Shown: positions 15,685-30,530, counted from the stretch's first letter. The stretch is DNA of 64,000 nucleotides from the human T2T-CHM13v2.0 reference genome, Homo sapiens (GCF_009914755.1 NC_060940.1), one strand, 5' to 3'. Notes: generated from the letters alone by a model not told the origin. Program-made: numbers and translations.

Positions 15685-16200
15685 GTCAGTTGTTGATGAT
15701 TCTGGAGTGATTGCTTGAGTGAATGGGCCACTTACTGAGATGTGGAAGTCTGAGGACAGGTTTGGGATTTGATCGTTTTCTTACTGTGCCCAAATGCAGT
15801 GTAAGCCAATCAATCCACCTTATTTGAAAGACAGCCAAACTCTGGGGACACCTAACCTCGTAGGAGATGGTAGCATAGTGGTTAAATGCACAGTCTTTGG
15901 AGTGTGATTGCCTGGGATTGGTTGCATCTCAACAGCTTTCTACCTGTGTGATCCTGACTGGTTGCTTAACCTCTCTGTGACTCAGTTTTTCCCATCTATA
16001 GAATGGGGATAAGGAACCCCAGCTCAGTGATGGTGTGAGAACTAGATGAATGCCGAGCATGTTGCACACACTCATTGAATGTTGCTACTGTGGCTTCCCT
16101 TGCAGTCGTGTCTGAATTCTAGGTCAAACAGTTCTTCTAAGACTGCACCAACCAGGAAAAAGAGGTCATGAGTAAAACAGAGCCAAGGACACTCAGAGGC

Positions 16201-16260
16201 TTTATTATCCACCCCTACCCCCGCCCCACCTACCCTACCACAATGATATATGCTTTTATT
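16201..16260 (-). terminator. PDILT: PDILT polyadenylation signals (AATAAA at 16255-16260 and 16201-16206)
   Basis: Two tttatt on + strand about 70 and 125 nt past the stop; GT/T-rich sequence follows the distal one. Confidence 0.8.
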
Positions 16261-16331
16261 GGAATCAATCCATTCAGAAAATGATGCCAGGATCTGGAAA
16301 ATAAGCATCTTTTTTCCTGGTATTGGAGAAG

Positions 16332-16580
16332 CTAAAGTTCTTCCTTGACTTTTGGTTTCTTCTTTTGCACTGGAGGTCCCTTTGGCTTAGCCACCACCAC
16401 CACCACCTCCTCAGATGTTTTCTTCTTCCCAGCGGGCTCTTCCAGCTTGGATACGTACTTGGTCATGTTCTCCAGCTCAGGCGACTGCTGTTCAGGTAAC
16501 CCTTTCCTCATCATAGGCACCTCCTTTTCCTCAGCTAGCACTTCCTCTTCTATCACTTCATTTTGCTCAACAGACAACAG
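16332..16580 (-). CDS. PDILT: PDILT exon 12 (acidic/basic tail ending KEEL-stop)
   Basis: ttcatag|CTG acceptor, TAG stop at 16332-16334, 249 nt; total CDS 1755 nt = 584 aa + stop; KDEL-like ER retrieval signal. Confidence 0.96.
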   Translation of the reverse strand: MLSVEQNEVIEEEVLAEEKEVPMMRKGLPEQQSPELENMTKYVSKLEEPAGKKKTSEEVVVVVAKPKGPPVQKKKPKVKEEL

Positions 16581-17580
16581 CTATGAAAGCAAAGGTGGAA
16601 GGAAGAAGGGAGGGAGGGAAGAAAGGGAGAAAGAAATAAAGAGGCAAGAAATATGTCATCATTGTGGTTGTAATAGTCAAGCCTACTTTTTCTGAAAGTG
16701 CCCAGAGAGAATCAGTCTTTGGACTGCAGGGTTTTCACAGATGCTGAAGATCCGTTTGGTTTCAGAGGTAAAGTGCCCAACTGTGGTTTCACCCTTCAGG
16801 TAAGAGGACCTTTGGGGGAACCAAAGGTTCTAAGTCTGTAGATGTGGCTCCTGCACCACTAGCTCCAGGACTGGACAGGTGACCAGTCTTAGCTAATGAG
16901 ATCTCTGTCCAGGACATTTTCTGGGACATCTAAGAAGTAGATGCTTGCTTTCTAAACTGGGAGGATGATAGTTTGGAGCTGTGGTGTAATCTTTGAACTT
17001 CTGTGGGGAAATGACTACTTGAGAATGAAACCAACATAGAGGAAAACAGAGATGGGAAGACAGAAAGCAAGTCTGGGTTCCGGATCCACCCACACCTGAT
17101 GTTCTACCAGTTATATGGGATAAATTCCCATTGTTGCTTAAAGCAAAGAGTAGTGTCTGAAATTTCCAGTGGAAGTCTTAATTAATACAGAGGGCACTGT
17201 CCAGCAGAGGGCCTCACTGAGGCATGGCTAGGGGAGAAAGGGGACTGTGGTCCTATGCATCAGGAGAGTAATGCCAGAGGGCAGAATCCCACCAAGACAT
17301 CTGGTCAGTGCCAGGGAAGCGGCCCAAGGCAAGGAGCTGTGTGTTACCTCAGAGCCTTGGTCTTTCTAGATGTTTCTAAAGTTTGCCATTTCTGCTTCCC
17401 ATAGTAAGTGCCTTTGAAATAAAGGTGACTAGTAGAGTCACCCAACCTGGATGCTTCTCCATCCATCCTCAACCATCTCCCAAGATTATGGAACTCCAGC
17501 CATACTCTTTTGTTGTCCATTAAGTTCCTAGGGATTCTGTGTGGGACAGAATAATTCAGAGTATTTCTGTTGCCCCTTAC

Positions 17581-17670
17581 CTCATCCTCATCCTCAATCT
17601 TAGTTTTGATGTGGCTTTCCAGGAAGTCAGAGAAGCCCTTCAGGGTGTGTTCTCCCTTATACAGGACAGC
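17581..17670 (-). CDS. PDILT: PDILT exon 11 ([30 protein letters not shown])
   Basis: tcctag|GCT, GAG|gtaagg, 90 nt phase 0-0. Confidence 0.95.
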
Positions 17671-18088
17671 CTAGGATGAAAATGGAACAGGGTCAGGATG
17701 GGATCCTCTTCCCGCAGAGATGCTCGAGGATTGCTACCTAGGTAAACCCAGGGTCAAATTCCTAACAACCCCGGGTATGTTATGCAGGTTCCCTAACCTC
17801 TCTTAGCCTCCAGTGCCATGGTTCCAAGGGAAGGATAATAAAAATGCTTCTGACATAGGGTTGTTATGCAGTGGATCAAAGCACGGACTGTAAAACCACA
17901 CAGCAAAGCCTTAAACTTTGGCTGCATTACTGCAGTGTGGTCTGCTTATTTAATTTCTCTGACTCACTTTTCCTATCTCTAATATGGAGACAAAATAGTA
18001 CCTACCTCGTAGGGTTGTTATAAGGATTAAATGAGGTAATGTATGTGAAGTATTGAAAACAGCGCCTGGTTCATGATAAGCACGATAG

Positions 18089-18493
<405 letters not shown>

Positions 18494-19416
18494 ACTCCCT
18501 TTCCTCTTTAGGAAAGTTCAGAAGCTGCTTAATGCCCACAGGTCACCTAAGCTTCTTTTCAGATAATTTGAGATTACTACCTTAGCCTCATCCTCTCAGC
18601 CCAGCCTCAGTAACACAACTCCCCGACATGCATCCTCTGCAGTGCAGACTGAGCAAAGAGTGGGTCACAGTGGAATCTTGCCACAGTGCTGGGGTCACCC
18701 TTCTGCCCACCTCTTTGTTCAGACCACACTTCCTACCTGTAGTACACAGTCCCTCCTCTAACCTGATTTAAGTCCCCACCATTCTGCAGAGTCCTGGGTC
18801 TGCATGGAGACTTGCAGCCATATCTGCCCTCCAGAAGCTCTTCCTCCCCCTTGATTTCAATTGCATTCATCCATACTCTTCTAAGGAGCAGGAACCTGGG
18901 CTCACATTTCTTTGACTGATGCTCTTTCCCATGCATGGACATGGCATGGAGTGTGGGTTGTATCAACACTGGTTATGGCCAATGACTGTAATCCCAAGGT
19001 GGAAATGACATTGTTTGTCTCTAGCATGTATTTTTGCCTTCACCTGGTAATACCCCACATCCAATATTCTCATGGAGATTCCTCCCACCTTATTTCAGAT
19101 AGTTAGGGCAGAGCTCAGCCCCAATGCTAGCAGGAACCATATAAAACCAGGCCTGCCCATCAAAACACCCACATCCACTTGGCCACAGTGGTTGGGTCAG
19201 GGATATGCAAGCTACACCCAATGATAGTGAGTCTCAGGACTTTGGTGCAAACTACTGGAAAATAATCTTTGAACTTGAATGTGAGAGGATGGATAGTGGC
19301 TACAGCTGAGAATAAAACTGGTTTGGTAGAAAGCGCAGCTGGTGGTAGGGAGAAACTGAGTCCCTGATAATAACATAACATTGTTTTCAGCCATGTGCGT
19401 CCCAAGAGCCCCTCAC

Positions 19417-19595
19417 TTGTTGAGAGCCGCTGGGGAACAGCCTGAAGAATGGGTACCGGTCCAGGTACATCAGCTGAATGTCATTTGCTGTGACATCGAT
19501 CTTGGCAATGATAATTGTGGAGTGGTTTTGATATTTTCTGCCCAATTCCTCCAACAGTGGGAACAGCATCTTGCACTTTTTAGACCAGGGTGCAT
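19417..19595 (-). CDS. PDILT: PDILT exon 10 (a' thioredoxin-like domain, YAPW-SKKC)
   Basis: ttccag|AT, CAA|gtgagg, 179 nt; PDI-type APW..C and [11 protein letters not shown] motifs. Confidence 0.96.
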
Positions 19596-19804
19596 CTGGA
19601 AGAGAAGGTCCATGGCTCAGGCTCACATTGATGAAGATCCAGAAAGCTGGCGCCACCCTACACATGGCATCGCTGTGTTCCACTTGTGGTCCTGCTGTTT
19701 TGCCAATTGCACTCCCTCCTTCTTTTAATCATATATTAGATTATTTTTACATTTCAGCAATAGTTCCCAATTGTTATTCGATAAATTAGAAAAAAAATAG
19801 TTTT

Positions 19805-20349
<545 letters not shown>

Positions 20350-20460
20350 CTTTTTTTCTTTTTTTCAAATTCCTTTCTTTTAACATAGTGTTCCACTCTA
20401 GTAGAAGAAGAAAGCCAAGAACAATATTTACGCTAGATGACTTTAATGTTCTTCCAAAAA

Positions 20461-20520
20461 GTGTGTGTGTGTTTTTGTGTATGTGTATGTGTGTGTGTGT
20501 GTGTGTGTGTGCATATGTGT
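20461..20520. repeat. Interrupted (TG)n microsatellite
   Basis: Direct reading. Confidence 0.9.
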
Positions 20521-22429
20521 TACAGCACACGGGGGTTTTCACAATAGAGGTTTGGGAACTTGCCCAAAGCTATGCAGTAATTGCACTTTTCAGACCAGAG
20601 TAATTAAGCAGAAGAAGTGGGGTTTAAAGACAGGCTGCTTTGACCTGTGACCACTATACCACAGGTAGGCATTAATATAACATAACATATAGATATTATG
20701 TTATGTTATGTCATGTCATTTATAGGTAATTACATGTCATGTTATTATACATATATAATTCAGAGGAGGAGAACATCCCCAAGAAGTGTGACAGGTATAA
20801 TTACTCTTGGACAGGGGACACTGAACTTTCTTGTGGACAGTTCTTTGGTCTTTGAGTGTGGTCCAGGCTCCTGGGCCTCTGGAAACCAGAGACCAGCTCC
20901 AACCCAAGGGAAAGCAAATCTTTCCTGCTTTCCTTCTACTAGAGCTCAAAGCTCAGTTTCTGGCTCTGTAAGCGAAATGGCCTCAAAAGCCCCCAGACAC
21001 ACCACTTTTGGATGATCATACCCCATTTACAAGCCAAGTGTCTCCATGGCCATCCCCCCTGCCTGCAGCATCTCTGGCAGCCCCCCTAGCACTCAGCGGG
21101 TCCTGGGTCAGAACAGGAGGGGGCATAATGGCTGCAGCCCCAGGGGGCCAATCCCGTGGCCCTACTTCCAAGAAAATGAAGCTGCTGTTGCCTTTTATCA
21201 AAATGAAATGGACAGTCTTACAATTCTGGGTGTGACTTAAGTACAGAACAGCTGCATCTAGCCTCTCATTGAAAGGCAGCGGATCTTGGTGATTCAGCCA
21301 CAGACCTTAAGCACCTCACTCTGTGAATAACAGTCCCTTTCAGAGTGATTGTAAAAGGCCTGCATGATGCAGTGTAGCCCTTGTCTTACCCTCCAGAAAG
21401 TAATAGCACTAGAGCTTGTGTTAAACTTCTTGTCTTGCTACTTACTGTGTGACCTAGGGTAAGATCATTAACCTCTCTGAGATGGGGTTCCCTGATCTGT
21501 GACATGGGGAAAACCACCATACCTTCCTCACAAACTTGTTACACAGCTCATTAGAGCAGGTGTGTCAACAGCAAACTCATGCTTGACTCATTGTAAGGGC
21601 TCATTAAATGTTAAAATAAAAGAAATGTCTGAAGGAACTTCAGTATCACCTTTCTCTGTGTCTCAGGGTGGGAGAGAACATCTCTGGCTTTGTCTCCCAC
21701 GTGCAAATCAGAAACAATGGGAAAAGGGCAATAGTCCTTAGATAAGCCCTGGAAGTAATTATAATGATAGGAATAACAACAGCAGTAGCAATTGTCACTT
21801 ATCAAGTGCTTACAATATGCCAGACGCTGTGCTAAGTACTGTACATGGAGGATTGGGGTCCCCACCTCCTATGGGCCATTTGATAAGTCATCTAAAGCCA
21901 GAAGCAAAGAAATCCTGTACAGCAGTTAGGAGTGTAGGTGCTGAAGTCAGATGCCTAAGTTCAAATCCCAGTTCCGGCACTTACTGACTGCAAGATAATG
22001 GAAAAATGTCTTCTCCTCCCTGAGACCCTATTTAGTCATCTGCAAAGTCTGAGCAATAAAAGTAGCTACTTTCAAAAGGATGTCGTTAGGATTAAATGAG
22101 ATAATGTATGCAATGGCTTAGAATAAAGCCCAATATACTACAGCATCCAAGCAAACATTGTCAGCCATGAGCATTATTGTTTTTACAAACAGCCATAGGC
22201 CTGGGTTATGTGGAAGGCATTGCATACATTCCAATAATTACATTTCTGGGGGAAAGAGTTGCATTGTTCCTGATAGCATCTTGAGTCAATCCCTTTGGGT
22301 ATCTGAAGACCATCCTTGGCATGGTGCATTGATGGGTTTTAGAGATTTCAGTGCCCAACAATTCAGGAGAAACACTTGAAACATAATTTTGGCACCCGTT
22401 GCCTCAGAACCCCTCTTGGAGATACTTAC

Positions 22430-22550
22430 AGAACATCACAAATACGTCCTTTTCTTTGTCAAAGACGACTACGTTGAAGTTCTTCCCCACGAGCTGCTTA
22501 ACCAGTCCCTGGTCCCAGTATTTTGGAATCTCTTCACTGGATTGATGTTT
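22430..22550 (-). CDS. PDILT: PDILT exon 9 ([40 protein letters not shown])
   Basis: tcctag|AAA, TCT|gtaagt, 121 nt; PDI x-linker and a' start (LVGKNF). Confidence 0.96.
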
Positions 22551-22810
22551 CTAGGAAGCACATTTGAGAGGCCTAAGAGTCTTCATAAAGGGTCTTGAAG
22601 TTGTGGGGCTCCCCACCTTGATTGGAAACCACTAAAGGTTTTCTCGTGTTTTTTTCACAAGAGCCTTAGGAAAGGGTTTGAAATACTGAGATGGATCATG
22701 AGCTTGATGTCAACCCTGGATGGTTCAGGGCGATTTGGGGTCAGGGGACTGAGGAGCAGACAAAGCTTCAAACTGGGATGGATTCTCAGATTTTATAAAA
22801 AGAAGATTTA

Positions 22811-23122
22811 AGCCGGGCGCGGTGGCTCACGCCTATAATCACAGCACTTTGGGAGGCCGAGGCGGGTGGATCATGAAGTCAGGAGTTTGAGACCAGCCTG
22901 GCCAACATGGTGAAACCTCATCTCTACTAAAAAAAGAAAAAATACAAATATTAGCTGGGTATGGTGGCATGCACCTGTAATCCCAGCTACTCAGGAGGCT
23001 GAGGCAAGAGAATTGCTTGAACCCAGGAGGCAGAGGTTGCAGTGAGCAGAGATTGCGCTACTGCACACCAGGCTGGTTGACAGAGCAAGATTTCGTCTCC
23101 AAAAAAAAAAAAAAAAAAAAAA
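22811..23122 (+). mobile_element. Alu
   Basis: Dimer + poly(A). Confidence 0.95.
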
Positions 23123-23794
23123 TTAGTTGTCCTCAATTACTCTAAGAATCAAGATCAAGACCATTTGCATGACCTATAAAACCTTGATCACACTTTGATT
23201 GGTTCCTGCAATAAAGGAAGTCTTCTCTTTTCTTTCCTCAGCCATGTTGGTCTTCAGCTTAACCAAATGGCCAACCTTCCTCCCAGCTCAGGCCTTTGTT
23301 AATGCTGTTCCCTCTGGCTGACAGGCCTCCCCACTCCTGATTCCTACTCTCCCTTCTTCATCTGGGTAACTCAAAATGTATGTCTCAGAATGACCCAAGG
23401 GAGGACTTCCTTGACCCTCCCCGCATCTAGATGAGGACTTGCTGCCATAAATTCTCATAATGCTCAGCACTTTTTCTTGTATCACTTATTCACGTTTACT
23501 ATTTATATTTATTTTTCTAATTATTTGATTAATGTGTCTCTACCATAATAGATGGAATGTCATAAGAGATTTTTCTTTCCTCGCCATTGAGCATCCATTG
23601 CCTGTTACATAGTAGATCCTCAATAAATGTTTTGCAACTGAATGAACAAAAAATGAGCTCAGCTTTTGCTTCTTTTTGAAGTAAGTGTTGGAAACCTCAA
23701 AACATATTTTTTATCTACAACCATTGCCTCCTGAATGTCTCCTGAATCCACATCATTTTCTCCATCTGTGTGGTTACTGACCAAATCCAGGTAG

Positions 23795-24313
<519 letters not shown>

Positions 24314-25595
24314 CTTGCTGTGCAGCCTCTGTCTGGCTCACAGCCTCTTCTTCCACAGTGTCCTCCCTCACCACACCCGCTCTAGCCTCTGGAAAGCACT
24401 TAAAGATTCTTTCAGTGGGAGCACACATGGGGTGGCCATGGGGCATGGGAGATAGAAAATGGTGACAATTGTGGGGAATTGGGAATGGCTCAGATCAGGT
24501 GGATCTCATAGATCTTGTAGAGGATGCCCATCTCTCCTCTAACAGCATAAGAAGACATGTTGGCCTTTGCGAGGGAGACGGACACCACCTCAGATCTAAC
24601 TGCAAGGAAGAGAGAGAGGATAGGTAGGATTTTAGATGTGGTAATGGAAAGTGAGGAGGCCTCCAATGTGAGGACATCTATTTTCTTAGTGATCTAGGGG
24701 TACAGTACTCAGCTGAGAGTGAGTGGGAATGGGATATGAGGAGAGAGAGACTCTGAGATTTAAAAATGAACACACTAACTGAAATTTCCATATGGATGCC
24801 AGGACACTTTTCAGAGTCCATGGGAGCCTGGTTTGCAATGCCATGAAGCCAGTCACCCTCGTGGTGATGTTGGTCTGGAAGCAGGGAAGTTAAGGGGGTT
24901 CAACCAGAGTTGGAACTTGCCTGGTGAGTACTATGGGGTATACAGGAGGTGGAAGATGGAGGGGATAAAGGAGGTAAGGGAATCATCATCAGAGCAATGA
25001 ATGATGGAATGCAAGTTCACAGAGGGGGCACTAAAGAGAAATGGGATCAGGAGGGTGAGGGCAATGAGAAGGATGAGGAATCGTAGCCATGTGTGTCCTG
25101 GAGGGAAAAATCAGGCATTGGGAGGTACTGCAATCTCCGGGTTGTGGGCATGGGAGCAGGGAGCTGACATGGCATGGACACGTCAGCTATTGGAGAAGAG
25201 AGACCAGGGTCGTAGACACTGACATCTCTGGAAATGACAGCAGAGTTGGGGCTAGGGAAAGGCTGCCATCAGGAGCCTAAGTCCTCAGAGAGTGAAGGCA
25301 GATAGTCAGAGGACAGCAACAAGGAGGTGGGAGCACAGGGTCAAAAAGCATGGGATCCAAGGCATCTGGGGTTTCTGAAGATGAAAGAAGGAAAATGGGT
25401 TGGAATTGGAAAGAAGGACAGCAGCCTCACCGCTCAGCCCATGAAAATGCTGTGCACACGAGACAGCTTCCACAGAAAAGGCTATAGGGGCAGCTGTGTC
25501 TCTGGGAGAATGGACAAAAGGCTGTAGAAGACTCAGGTAAGGGGACCATCATTTGGGTTTGTCTGGAGTCTCGATTTACTTCTATTGTTCCAGAC

Positions 25596-25885
25596 TTTTT
25601 TTGGGGGGGTGGTGCTGGACAGGGTCTTCCTCTGTGGCCCAGGCTGGAGTGCAGTGGTGTGATCGTAGCTCACTGTAGCCTTGATCTCTAGGCTCAAGCA
25701 ATGCTCCTGCCTCAGCCTCCTAAGTAGCTGAGACTACAGATGCACACCACCACACCTGGCTAATTTTTAAATTTTTTGTCAAGATGTGATCTTGGTATGG
25801 CCTCGAACTCCTGGGCTCAAGTGATCCTCTCACCTCAACCTTGCAAAGTGCTGGGATTACAGGCATGAACCACCGCACCTGGCCC
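25596..25885 (-). mobile_element. AluJ-type
   Basis: Reverse Alu; TSD-like ttccaga. Confidence 0.9.
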
Positions 25886-26492
25886 ATTCCAGAATCCTTT
25901 ACTCCCATAATGTCCCAATTTGGAAAATTAATAATATGGTTACCTTACTCAGCAGAGTAGCTGTGGAGACATAGACAGTGGGTGACTACGTGTTCCATGT
26001 GTTTCTGCAGCCTCTCCTTCCTGTCAGCGAAATAGACTATGCCCTTTCTAACCCCATCCAACCAAAAGGTCCCTAAAGCTTTTAAGGCTACATCTTGATT
26101 GCCCTGTGGCTCCATCTCCCTTCTCCTCCTCAAAGCAAGCATCTACTCTTGGACCAAGTAGATCTTTCACATTGGAGGTGATAGGAGAAGAAGAGCCTCC
26201 TTTCAGAGTGCAAGTTAACACTACTGAGTGCCTGCATTTCTATTGTGAATTCCTGCAAAGGAAATGCCTCCACTTTACAACTAAGAATAAGTGGAGGAAT
26301 TAAAGGCTTGGGATAGGTCAGAAGTTGGATAGATTTGAGGTGGGGAGATGGGGGATTTCCCCACATTGAGCCACAAAGTTGATCTTTATTCTGCCTCCAC
26401 ATACAGGTGAGGAGAATTATCAAGGCCAACAGAATTATGAGAAGGAGATGATTTTGAGGTTCTGGATAAACCTTGTCCAAGAAAAAACCTAC

Positions 26493-26690
26493 TGTGGCAT
26501 TTTTACTCAGGAAGCTGCGGCCAAATTTCTTGAGGCTTTCGTAGGTTATGTCATCTGAAGGCATTTTGTACCTGGCGTCAGAGCTCAAGTTTAGGATTTG
26601 GACGGATGGGATATCGACCTCTGTGACCCGGAAGTACTTGAAGACACGTCCATTTCTGGGTTCGTCTGCATCCACAAGGATGAAAAGGAT
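26493..26690 (-). CDS. PDILT: PDILT exon 8 (b' domain)
   Basis: tggcag|ATC, ACA|gtaggt, 198 nt; [20 protein letters not shown]...SKNAT. Confidence 0.95.
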
Positions 26691-27594
26691 CTGCCAAAGA
26701 AAACAAAACCCTTGTCTCTCTGGATCCTTTGCCAGTGGAGAAAAACTGCTGAAAGGCTGTGGACTAAGGGGATGCACATGGTGGGGTCTGTGGAGCACCT
26801 CTGCAAAATGTAACAAAGGCAGGTGGAGCTCTGCACCGAAATGCATGGCAGGCAGTAGCCACCAGCCTGGCTTCAGCCTCCTTGTGGTGTGCTCCATCCA
26901 CACAGTTTCAGGAGGTCAGGAAGTCCTGAGCTTTCATTCTGTTTCAAACTGTTTCATCAGTTTCCTGATCTGTAAAATGATTATCATAGTGACTATCATA
27001 GGGTTGCTGTGAGAATTAAACAGGACAATGTATGGAAAGGCTTAGTTCAGGGACTGGCAGGTAGAAAGTGTTCAATACATGACAATTCTTATTATTTTTT
27101 ATTTGAATAATTATTATTCAAAATTATTCTATCAAGGAAATTCATGACTTCATTCACTCATTCATTAAACAAACATTCATGGAGTGTCTACTATGTGTGA
27201 GCCATTTTACTCAGCACTGAGGACACAACCCTGCCCAAAGCAGACAAAATCCCTGCCCTCAAGGAGTTTATGTTCTAGTGGAGAAGACAGGCAACAAATG
27301 AGTGAATGAACTTACAAAGCCAAACAGCAATGAGTGCCAGTTAGACAATAAAACAGGGCAATGTGATAGAGAGTAACTGCCCCGATGGGGTAAGGTAGGG
27401 GCTCAGGATTAGGTAGGGTGGTCAAGAGGAGAACCTGAGGAGGTCACATTTCAGCTGGGACATAGTTGATAGTAACAAGTCATGGAACACTATTCCGGGT
27501 GGTGGAAACTGCCAGTGCAAAGGCCTGAAGACAAAACAAACACCTAGAGAGCTTAGAGTGTTCTGGGAATAGAAAAGAAAAGTCAGTGTGGCTT

Positions 27595-28142
27595 TGTCAG
27601 AGGTGTTTAAACCAGAGCAACTTCATCTTGAATACAGGCTGGGTAAAATGAGGCTGAGACCTACGGGGCTCCTTTCCCAGACGATTTAGGTATTCTTAGT
27701 CACAGAATGAGATAGGAGGTCGGCACAAGATACAGGTCATAAAGACCTTGCTGATAAAACAGGTTGTAGTAAAGAAGCCAGCCCAAACCCACCAAAACCG
27801 AGATGGTGACGAGAGTGACCTCTGGGCATCCTCACTGCTACACTCCCACCAGCACCACGACAGTTTACAAATGCCATGGCAATGTCAGGAAGTTACACTA
27901 TATGGTCTAAAAAGGGGAAGCATGAATAATCCACTCCTTGTTTAGCATATAATCAAGAAATAACTATAAAAATGGCAACCAGCCGCCCTCGGGGCTGCTC
28001 TGTCTATGGAGTACCCATTCTTTTATTCCTGTACTTTCCTAATAAACTTGCTTTCACTTTACAGACTGGCTCTGAATTCTTTCTTACACGAGATCCAAGA
28101 ACCCTCTCTTAGGGTCTGGAACCGGACCCCTTTCCAGTAACA
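27595..28142 (+). mobile_element. MER41 (probably MER41A) ERV1 solo LTR
   Basis: tgtcagaggtgtttaaaccagagcaac...ggacccctttccagtaaca, 548 bp, TG..CA, 4-bp TSD gctt, internal AATAAA. Confidence 0.88.
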
Positions 28143-29802
28143 GCTTCAGCACCATGAGGGAGAGAGACAAAGGAGAAAAGGTCAGAGACTGTCGAAGATG
28201 AGGTCAGAGGTCCAGTAAGGAGCTTGGGTTTAGTCTGAATATAATAGTGGGCCACTGAAGGATGGTAAGCTAGAAAGTGACATGATAATAATTTTGAGAA
28301 GGTCATTCTGGTTGCAGAGAAGAAGCAAAAGTGGAAGCAGGGAGATGAGTTAGAGGCCACTGCAGCCACCTAGGGTCAGATACTTGCAGTTCATTCATTC
28401 ATCAGAAGATTAAAGGCCTCACTGTGTGCTCCTCTTCTAGGTGCCAGGGAAATTGAAAAACACAGCAAACATATTAAAACCATCCTTGTGTACTTTCAAT
28501 AAATATTTGCTACCTTCTGTTGGCACTGGAGCACAGAGGTGAACAAGATAAGAGGTGCAATCTGTTGAAACAGTATTAATTCAACTGTTTAGCGTTGTCT
28601 GTGAAATGGATCACAGTCTATAAAAGGCATTTGGGGAATTCACTAGGGTGACTGAAACTTAGAACTTCATCTTCTGATGTAAGCCAAAATAAATACCAGG
28701 GAGATTGAAGAGTTAAAAAAAATGGAACAAAATAATGGCTAAGCATTGACTACTGTAAAATAGGAGAAACAGAGAAAAAGCAATCAGGTTGCAATCAATT
28801 TAACTATATCCAAAAACTTAGAGTAAAATTGGAAAAAAAAAGACCCCCAAGACATATATTTAACAAGAGGAATTATTTCTGTGATTTGAACCATCTTTTT
28901 TGAAAATAATGTGGTGGAATGTAGCATGACCATTACTTGTGTTATATTCTAGTGGCTTTCTTTATTTTAGGTTACAAAGTTCTCAATTGTTTTATTTAAT
29001 TTCAGATTAATTTTTTTAAAAGAGAAAAAAAACCCTGCCATGATTATACTTCCTATAAAGATGAAGAGAAAAATTAATCAACTAGCTTCCATAGTTCAGG
29101 TACTTCTAACTACCTTAAATACAGGAACAGCGCTTAGGGGAAACCTTTGTTTCTAATGGTGATGATGATAATAATAAAAAGCACCATTGATTGTAAAGCT
29201 CATTGCTTTGCATATATATTTTCTAATTCTTACTACAACAGTCCATTTCATGCATGAGGAGACCTCAATATGGGGTTAAGAAACTCACCTAAGACAGTGT
29301 AGTTTGCCAGAGAAAGAGAATTTGAACTTGGGTCTGCACAATGTTAAAGCCCAGAATCTTAGCAATTACTTGCCAGACAATCTGTGCTACTCCCCACCTT
29401 CAGGCTTTCATAGTCCTTGACCTCAAACAGCAGTGGTCTTTCCTGCCCCCACCTCCAGGCCAAATGATACCACTCTTAGTGTATGGAGTCCACTTAGTGG
29501 TCCATCAAAAAAGCAGGCAAGCCTTCATGTTCTCAGAGTAGACTCATTACAAAGAAGAGTGAAGAAGTGTAGATTTGGCATGGAAGAGACACTGGGCAGG
29601 AAGAATGGAGAAGGCATATTTAAAATTAAATAGTAAATGATATGTGGCATTGACATGCAAATCAGAAAACTGACAGGCAATTGCAAGTGCCAATCTTTCC
29701 TGATTCAATTTATAATAAGCAGGGCAGGCAAATGGGCTCAGGGTCTGCAGGTCTTGGATCCTCATCCAGGAGTCCCAGAGAGCAATGGTGCACTCTACAA
29801 AC

Positions 29803-29928
29803 CTTGTTTTGGAATTCCTTTGATGCCAGCTTATAATGCTGAATTATGATACCATATGACTCGGAGCTTTTGGAGACAAACAGCAGCATGTGACTCATGA
29901 TGTGCAACTCGGAAATCAGATCCTTATT
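29803..29928 (-). CDS. PDILT: PDILT exon 7
   Basis: tttcag|AAT, AAG|gtttgt, 126 nt; NKDLISELHIMSH...KEFQNK. Confidence 0.94.
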
Positions 29929-30012
29929 CTGAAATGACCAGGAAAATATGTCATCCCAAGCACACACAGTGGCCCCAGCTCCCCTTCCTCCGGGGACCAT
30001 TTACTCACTGAC

Positions 30013-30123
30013 CTCAGTGTTGTATTCGATCACAAAATCTGTAAGGTGCTGTTTTATGACACGATTGAGTTCCTGTTTGTTGGTACTGTCATTAATAAGC
30101 TTTTGGCGGTTCACAATTTTTCC
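30013..30123 (-). CDS. PDILT: PDILT exon 6
   Basis: tacaag|GGA, GAG|gtcagt, 111 nt; [37 protein letters not shown]; followed by an 84-nt intron. Confidence 0.93.
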
Positions 30124-30530
30124 CTTGTACAAAAGGAGAAACATATTGGAGGACAGTAGCTTTCATGATATAGCCACTTAATAAATATAAATAGCACAAT
30201 TTTCTCCTTGGATAAAAGGAAAGCACTGAGGAATGGTATCAGGTGTAGTCTGTAATCTAGGTAGTTAATAACTAGGAGGGGCTGGCCAGATTAGTCAGTG
30301 GGTAGAATCTGGGTAGGTGACAGCCATGAAAATCTCAGATCTACGGCAGGCCACAAGGAGTGTAATTGACTTAACAGCCCCAGCCATTGTCATGCTGTGT
30401 AATCCATCAAATATTAAAATATCTGTGCCAGGGCTGAGAAATTTCTCACATACTGCTCCAACTAATGATTGACGGCTCATTCATATTAAGACAAACCCAG
30501 TCCCAGGAGATTCAGGACTTCTCTGATAGG

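Noticed and set aside
26130-26903. 257-aa ORF around PDILT exon 8
   Set aside because: Only 26493-26690 is PDI-like and bounded by splice sites; the rest is intronic read-through
27102-27122. 10-bp AT-rich inverted repeat
   Set aside because: Short and low complexity; plausible by chance
27561-28142. MER41 as an interferon/STAT1 enhancer
   Set aside because: The LTR has TTCCCAGAC rather than a TTCNNNGAA GAS motif; the one GAS match at 27561-27569 is outside the LTR and expected by chance
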